From assembly GCA_016845365.1 (NCBI GenBank), contig JAERST010000003.1, positions 8,961-72,960 on the forward strand: 64,000 nt of DNA, given 5' to 3'. A program made the position numbers and the translations under genes. Under the pieces are notes generated by a model. The model searched no databases. It worked only from the letters and a program-made list of their open reading frames with translations, and was not told the DNA's origin. The stretch's first letter is position 1, and each line of letters opens with the position of its first letter. Below, piece by piece: positions 58,915 through 64,000 of this stretch. This DNA comes from Methanobacteriota archaeon. GTDB lineage: Archaea; Thermoplasmatota; Poseidoniia; Poseidoniales; Thalassarchaeaceae.

Positions 58915-60885
58915 TCAAGCCATCCCGAGAATGTGCCACGCCTCAAGGTTGCGACTGCGGATATGTGCCAACCACGCTGCCCAAATCTCGTCATTGCGCA
59001 GCGTGTCGGGGTCGCCGATTACGATGAGGCCGCGGCGCGCTCTGGTGAGTGCGACGTTGAGGCGACGAGGGTCGGCGAGGAATCCGATGTTTCCGTCAGG
59101 GTTGGAGCGCACGCATGAGAAGATGATGACCTCCTTTTCGCGGCCTTGGTAACCGTCTACGGTTCTGACCTCAACCGCCTCGTTGCGTTCGGGGATTGCG
59201 TCGCGGATGGCTCTTACTTGTCCCGCGTAGGGGGTGATGATTCCGATGTCTGATTGGTCGAGGTCGCCCGCTTCGAGTAAGCCGTCTAGGATGCGGGCGA
59301 CCCAGCCGGCTTCGGCTGGGTTTTCTTTCGATGCGCCGTCGGGTGAGAGTAATTCGTCGCCGTTGACTGGTAGGAATGCGATCGGTACTTCCCAATCATT
59401 CCACAGTAGGCCTGCTGGATTGGGTCGTTCAGCTGCTGAAACTCCGTCGATGAGGCGGCCATCGTAGAATGTCTGATTTGGAAATTCGGAGATTGCTGGG
59501 TGCATTCTGTATTGGGTGTCGAGAAGGATTGGTTCTATTCCCATAGCGACTAATCTCTCGAATAGAGAGCGGCGCAGTCCGCCGTTTTCGGCGCGCCGGC
59601 TGATGACTGTTGGAGGGAGTTGACGATGGTCGCCGACGAGGACAACTTGGCGGGCGCCGCGGACTAGAGGAACGAGGCTCGCGGGTTCGGTTGCTTGTGT
59701 CGCCTCGTCGAGGAGGACACGCGAGAATCTACGGCCATCGAGAAGGTCGTGGCCGACTCCGATACAGGTGCAGCAGAGGACTTGAGCGCGCTCGAGAATA
59801 TCGTCGCGCATCTGTCTCTCGATTCGGCGCACCTCCTTCCAACCACGATTCAGATCACGGTGCGCCAATCCCTTCTCCTTGCCCTTCATTCCGGGGATTC
59901 GGCGGGCTAATTTTTCGTTCAGTTCGAGGTGTTCTTCGAGGTCTCGCCGTAATGGGTGAATTTCCATTTGGGCATCGACGGTGGCCTCGCGCAAATTCTC
60001 TCGAACTTTGACCGGTTGACCGAGGCGAACGGCGCGAACGCCGAGAGAGAGAAGCCCCTCGAGCAAATTGTCGACTGCGACGTTTGAATCAGCGACGGCG
60101 AGAATGGTTCCAGTGTCTTGGCTGGACCATGATTGTAGGATGCGGACCGCCGTGTGAGTTTTGCCTGTCCCCGGCGGTCCTTGAATCAAGGTAAGACGCT
60201 GATTAATCGCCGCCTCACAAGCCTTCGATTGAGACTCGTTCAACCCCTCCGGCCGGCTCGCAGGGCGTCGATTTGCCCCTCCGAGTTCCGGCCCAAGTCC
60301 AGCCGTACCAACGGGGTCGTGAACGGTGCCGAGCAAGAGGTCGCGAAGCGGGGCTCCGCCCTCCTCTTCGAAGAGTGAATTTAGGGCGTCGCGCATGCGG
60401 TCGAAGGCGACTTTATTCGCTGCCCTATCGATACGCCAATGACCGCTGCGAACACCGCTCGGCAATTCTGGTAAAACGATGCGAATCCGATTGCGCGAGC
60501 GGTCCGAGACAATCGCTTCAATCGGCCTCTCGCCGATTGGATCGCCCCGACTCAGCATCACAATATCGCCTTGGCGAAAGCGATGCGAGCCCAAATCAGC
60601 GCGTCCATCGAGCTGCAATTTGACGATGCGCTGACCGAATAACCAACCATCAGGACGCGCCCTCAAATCGAATAGAGCAAGGCCGTGAGCTGCAAGTTTT
60701 GCTCGCGACCAATTCCGCAACCGCTCCTCGGTCGCGTCCAATTCATCATCCAATTCCCATCGAATCAGCCGCATGTAGGCTTCGTGATGATCCTGGCTGC
60801 GAGTGAACCTCGCTGGGAGTCCACCATCTGAGTCCGAAGACCTGCCATGCGAGTCCACGAACGCTCTCCGGAGAACCCCGCTCAT
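58915..60885 (-). CDS. Superfamily 1 helicase, Upf1/IGHMBP2 (DNA2/NAM7)-like
   Basis: LNESQ, IQGPPGTGKT, SNVAVDNL, DEATQ, VGDHRQLPP, QYRMHP, TVDGYQGREKE, RRLNVALTRAR; start may be 60909. Confidence 0.95.
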   Translation of the reverse strand: MSGVLRRAFVDSHGRSSDSDGGLPARFTRSQDHHEAYMRLIRWELDDELDATEERLRNWSRAKLAAHGLALFDLRARPDGWLFGQRIVKLQLDGRADLGSHRFRQGDIVMLSRGDPIGERPIEAIVSDRSRNRIRIVLPELPSGVRSGHWRIDRAANKVAFDRMRDALNSLFEEEGGAPLRDLLLGTVHDPVGTAGLGPELGGANRRPASRPEGLNESQSKACEAAINQRLTLIQGPPGTGKTHTAVRILQSWSSQDTGTILAVADSNVAVDNLLEGLLSLGVRAVRLGQPVKVRENLREATVDAQMEIHPLRRDLEEHLELNEKLARRIPGMKGKEKGLAHRDLNRGWKEVRRIERQMRDDILERAQVLCCTCIGVGHDLLDGRRFSRVLLDEATQATEPASLVPLVRGARQVVLVGDHRQLPPTVISRRAENGGLRRSLFERLVAMGIEPILLDTQYRMHPAISEFPNQTFYDGRLIDGVSAAERPNPAGLLWNDWEVPIAFLPVNGDELLSPDGASKENPAEAGWVARILDGLLEAGDLDQSDIGIITPYAGQVRAIRDAIPERNEAVEVRTVDGYQGREKEVIIFSCVRSNPDGNIGFLADPRRLNVALTRARRGLIVIGDPDTLRNDEIWAAWLAHIRSRNLEAWHILGMA

Positions 60886-61042
60886 CACGTTTCGCCAGCC
60901 CAAGTTCACCCCTGTGGCAACCCCAAGTTCCCCCCCTCGTCAAACAGGTGTGAGTATGCTGCGTGAAGTCCGCCGTTTACAACGGCGGGTGAGGGTTATA
61001 CGCAGAACACGGCCGAACGGGCCCGTCTGTGGAGGCTGGGCC

Positions 61043-62551
61043 ATGGTATTTGACAAGTTCAAAAATTGGCGGAAGGGGGCGGTCGGACCGACCGTTGAGT
61101 GTCCACTTTGTCACACCCCAAACCCGGAGGATGCCAGCGAATGTTCGCAGTGCATGTACCAATTAGGCAAGGCTGCCTTTGAGCAGGTCGCCGCGGTTGA
61201 CGATGAGGAAGCGGGCAGCCTATTCGACGAACTGCTCGCCGATTTCGATGATGATGAAGAGGAGGAAGTCATCGATTGGTCGAAGGGAACTTTCACCATG
61301 GACGATGTTACAATCGACGTCGAACAATACGGCGACGGGGACGGAATCAAGCTCAGCGCGAACCCAACTTTTGCGATGACCGTCGACCATCCAGACCCCG
61401 TCGAAGAGGACGAGGGAGACTACGAACTCACTGCGGCGGATGCGCCTGAGTTCGTGACTAAATTTGAGATGCCCGAGACCGAGGAAGAGCCTCTTGAGGA
61501 AGTTCAGCCTCAGCAGATTGAATTGGTTCAACCGACCGCTGAGGCTGCGGAAAATGTTGAGGTCGTAGCGGCGGATGCAATTCCTGACCGTAACGGCTCG
61601 AGGTCGGCATCCAAGCCAGCGCCGAAGGCCAAGCCAGAGCCGAAGCAGGCAGAGGAGCCTGCGGTCGAGGCAGCCGCTGAGCCGGTGGCTGAGCCCGAGC
61701 TTGAGACCGAGCCGGAGACAACCGTCGAGGCCGAACCCGAAGCGGAGGCGGAGGAAGATCCTGAATCAGCCGGAGAGCCGGCAGAAATCACAGAAGAATC
61801 TCTACTCTCTCTGAAGAAGGTCGAATTGGTCGAAATGGCCGAGGAAGCCGGCCTTTCCACCTCGGGGACCAAGGCAGAACTCGCCGAGAGAATCATCGCT
61901 GGTCCTCAGGAAGAGGAAGCGCCGGCTGAGCCCGAACCAGAGGTTGAGGCCGAAGCAGAAGTCGAGGAAGTGGCTGAACCTGAGCCTGAGTCGGAGCCGG
62001 AGTCAGAACCCGAGACCGAACCCGAACCTATGCCGGCGCCTCCAATCGTCGTCCCTGCCGCACCGGCTGGAATGCCACCACCACCTCCAGTCGCAGCCCG
62101 CGCCGTCGACCCGATGGACGCAGCATTCGACGGCAAGCAAGAGATTCCTCTGGCCAAAGCAAATGCGGTCATGGATCGGCCGACCCCGCCGCGAATCCCG
62201 AAGATTCCCAAGATGCCACATATCGCCGAAGCAAATGCGGCTCTCAATACTGCAGAGAACAATGGCTACTGGCCTTGGCCACAACAGGACGAGTGGTCAA
62301 ATCGCGATGTTGCGATGAAGATCAAGGAGGCCATGGAGGCTGCGAAGCGACGCGACGTGGCCCAAGTTACTGTGCTTCTTGACGAGGTTGGGCCACACTT
62401 GGGAGAGCGCACCAAATTGCTCTATCCAATCGGTGCGCTCTTGCAAAGAATCGGCCGCGCATCAGCCGTCGACAAAATGATTGCAGCAGCGGTCAAAGCT
62501 CAGCCCGATGACCAACAAGTCAAGACGGCGAAGGCAAAATTGCGTCCGTGA
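61043..62551 (+). CDS. Acidic protein with N-terminal zinc ribbon, SAP-like motif and E/P-rich linker
   Basis: CPLC...CSQC; LKKVELVEMAEEAGLSTSGTKAELAERI; EPEPE repeats; helical C-terminus. Confidence 0.82.
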   Translation: MVFDKFKNWRKGAVGPTVECPLCHTPNPEDASECSQCMYQLGKAAFEQVAAVDDEEAGSLFDELLADFDDDEEEEVIDWSKGTFTMDDVTIDVEQYGDGDGIKLSANPTFAMTVDHPDPVEEDEGDYELTAADAPEFVTKFEMPETEEEPLEEVQPQQIELVQPTAEAAENVEVVAADAIPDRNGSRSASKPAPKAKPEPKQAEEPAVEAAAEPVAEPELETEPETTVEAEPEAEAEEDPESAGEPAEITEESLLSLKKVELVEMAEEAGLSTSGTKAELAERIIAGPQEEEAPAEPEPEVEAEAEVEEVAEPEPESEPESEPETEPEPMPAPPIVVPAAPAGMPPPPPVAARAVDPMDAAFDGKQEIPLAKANAVMDRPTPPRIPKIPKMPHIAEANAALNTAENNGYWPWPQQDEWSNRDVAMKIKEAMEAAKRRDVAQVTVLLDEVGPHLGERTKLLYPIGALLQRIGRASAVDKMIAAAVKAQPDDQQVKTAKAKLRP

Positions 62552-62627
62552 AATCATAGAATATCGCTCAATTACTCTCCCGCAATCATCCGCAGTCGTA
62601 ATGCGGGAGCGCGCCAGCCGATTGGAT

Positions 62628-63212
62628 ATGCAGCGGCGCGCGACGACGACCATCATGGTCGACGAGGAGTTAGTGATGCGCCCAGCGAATGCCACGCACA
62701 CACGCACCTTACTCGAGGCATTCGAAGAGACTTGGCCCGAGGTTAGTCGAGCCATGCCGTGGATACTTCCAGAGCATGAAATAGAGCCACAAATTGCTGA
62801 ATTTCTCGACGAAACCGAGCGTACGGGCCGGGTAGGAAGAATGCATCACTGGGTGCTGATTCGACCGTGGGATGAAGCGGTTCTGGGCCTACTCGGATTC
62901 GATCGGGTTACTCGCTCAGCCGAAGCCGAGTGGAACCTTGGTTATTGGGTCAGATCTTCTGAGCAGCGCAGAGGCATCGCCGGTCGTGCAATCGAAGCCT
63001 CCCTGCGCTGGCTCGGCGACCTTGAGCCGGTCGATGTTGAACTCAAGGTCGACCCGAAAAATGCTGCAGGAAAGCGAACCGTCGAGCGCACCGTGCGCCA
63101 ATGGGGGGGAAGTCGGTGCGTCTCGGGAGATTCGGCAATTACAGTCGCCGGAGTCCGAACCCCCCACGAATGCCATCTCATCTCAATCGGTCCCGATACT
63201 GGACCAAGATGA
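62628..63212 (+). CDS. GNAT family N-acetyltransferase (RimJ/RimL-like)
   Basis: [26 protein letters not shown]. Confidence 0.85.
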   Translation: MQRRATTTIMVDEELVMRPANATHTRTLLEAFEETWPEVSRAMPWILPEHEIEPQIAEFLDETERTGRVGRMHHWVLIRPWDEAVLGLLGFDRVTRSAEAEWNLGYWVRSSEQRRGIAGRAIEASLRWLGDLEPVDVELKVDPKNAAGKRTVERTVRQWGGSRCVSGDSAITVAGVRTPHECHLISIGPDTGPR

Positions 63213-63286
63213 CCGCCTCATACAGACGCGACCATTCAAAACACCCAATCGAGTCCGATGACCTGCCCAAAGGGCAGGTGTCAGCG

Positions 63287-64000
63287 ATGTCGGTCAATCA
63301 CAGACAGCGTCTTCCCGACATCGACCCCGAAGAGACCGACGAGTGGTTGGAGGCTCTGCGAAACGTCGTCGATGCACAAGGAATCGAGCGAGCTCGCATC
63401 TTGCTCCACGAACTACTCGCCGAGTCGCAAGACCTCGATATCGCAATTAGGTCAGCCAGCCAAACCCCCTACGTCAACACCATTCCGTGGGACCAACAAG
63501 CCCCCTATCCGGGCGACCTCGACCTTGAGCGAGAAGTCCAGAATGCAATCCTCTGGAACTCGGCCCTAATGGTCTCAGATGCCAACCGCCGCCTCGATGG
63601 AATCGGTGGACACATCTCCACCTACGCCTCCTCCTCAACAATCTACGAGGTCGGCTTCAACCACGTCTTCCGTGGCAAGGATAGCAACGGAATCGGCGAT
63701 GCGCTCTACATCCAAGGCCACGGCAGCCCCGGGATTTACGCCCGAGCCTTCCTCGAGGGGCGACTCACCAGAGAACAACTCGCTAACTTCCGCCAGGAAG
63801 CCTTTGCAGACGGGCTCTCATCCTACCCGCATCCCCGTCTGATGTCCGAATTCTGGGAGTATCCAACGGTCTCGATGGGGCTCGGACCACTCTCGGCAGT
63901 CATGCACGCGCGCTTCTGGAAATACCTCCACAATCGCGGCCTCGCAGACACCTCCGAATCCACCGTCTTCACCTTCCAAGGCGATGGCGAGATGGACGAG
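63287..64000 (+). CDS. aceE: Pyruvate dehydrogenase E1, homodimeric type (3'-truncated by window edge)
   Basis: Own translation: [74 protein letters not shown]. Confidence 0.95.
   Translation, partial: MSVNHRQRLPDIDPEETDEWLEALRNVVDAQGIERARILLHELLAESQDLDIAIRSASQTPYVNTIPWDQQAPYPGDLDLEREVQNAILWNSALMVSDANRRLDGIGGHISTYASSSTIYEVGFNHVFRGKDSNGIGDALYIQGHGSPGIYARAFLEGRLTREQLANFRQEAFADGLSSYPHPRLMSEFWEYPTVSMGLGPLSAVMHARFWKYLHNRGLADTSESTVFTFQGDGEMDE

Noticed and set aside
61600..62050. GAGCC(G/T) tandem-like DNA repeats
   Set aside because: Explained by Glu-Pro low-complexity coding sequence

Overview
Core-genome segment of a marine euryarchaeon, most likely Marine Group II (Ca. Poseidoniales; inferred from gene content). 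It carries archaeal informational genes (PolD large subunit, PriL, NreA, Pcc1-like, DUF373, phosphopantothenate synthetase, type II MetAP) alongside many bacterial-type metabolic genes (metK, aceE, fumC, grxD/BolA, rpe, RNase HI), a thrombospondin type-3 repeat surface protein and tRNA-Cys(GCA). About 60 CDSs are tightly packed, and I saw no CRISPR array, rRNA or transposase. Main observations: (1) a ~0.7-kb non-coding, strongly purine-skewed minus-strand element (about 42600-43300) with its own BRE/TATA promoter, three C(UUCG)G hairpins, a reiterated AGAACC(GG) motif and internal duplicated modules, a candidate undescribed long structured RNA; (2) an unusual permuted inverted repeat just upstream of it; (3) a ribbon-helix-helix domain fused to class II fumarase; (4) a lower-GC island (about 46010-49950) encoding a CXXCH plus four-His membrane heme protein, a hyper-acidic anchored protein, a membrane protein/wHTH pair and an erythrin-VIT iron transporter; (5) a SpeY-like deoxyhypusine synthase paired with a pyruvoyl decarboxylase, an mPGES-2-like GST and an orphan NPPW amino-methyltransferase. 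All calls come from motif recognition by eye; no searches were run.
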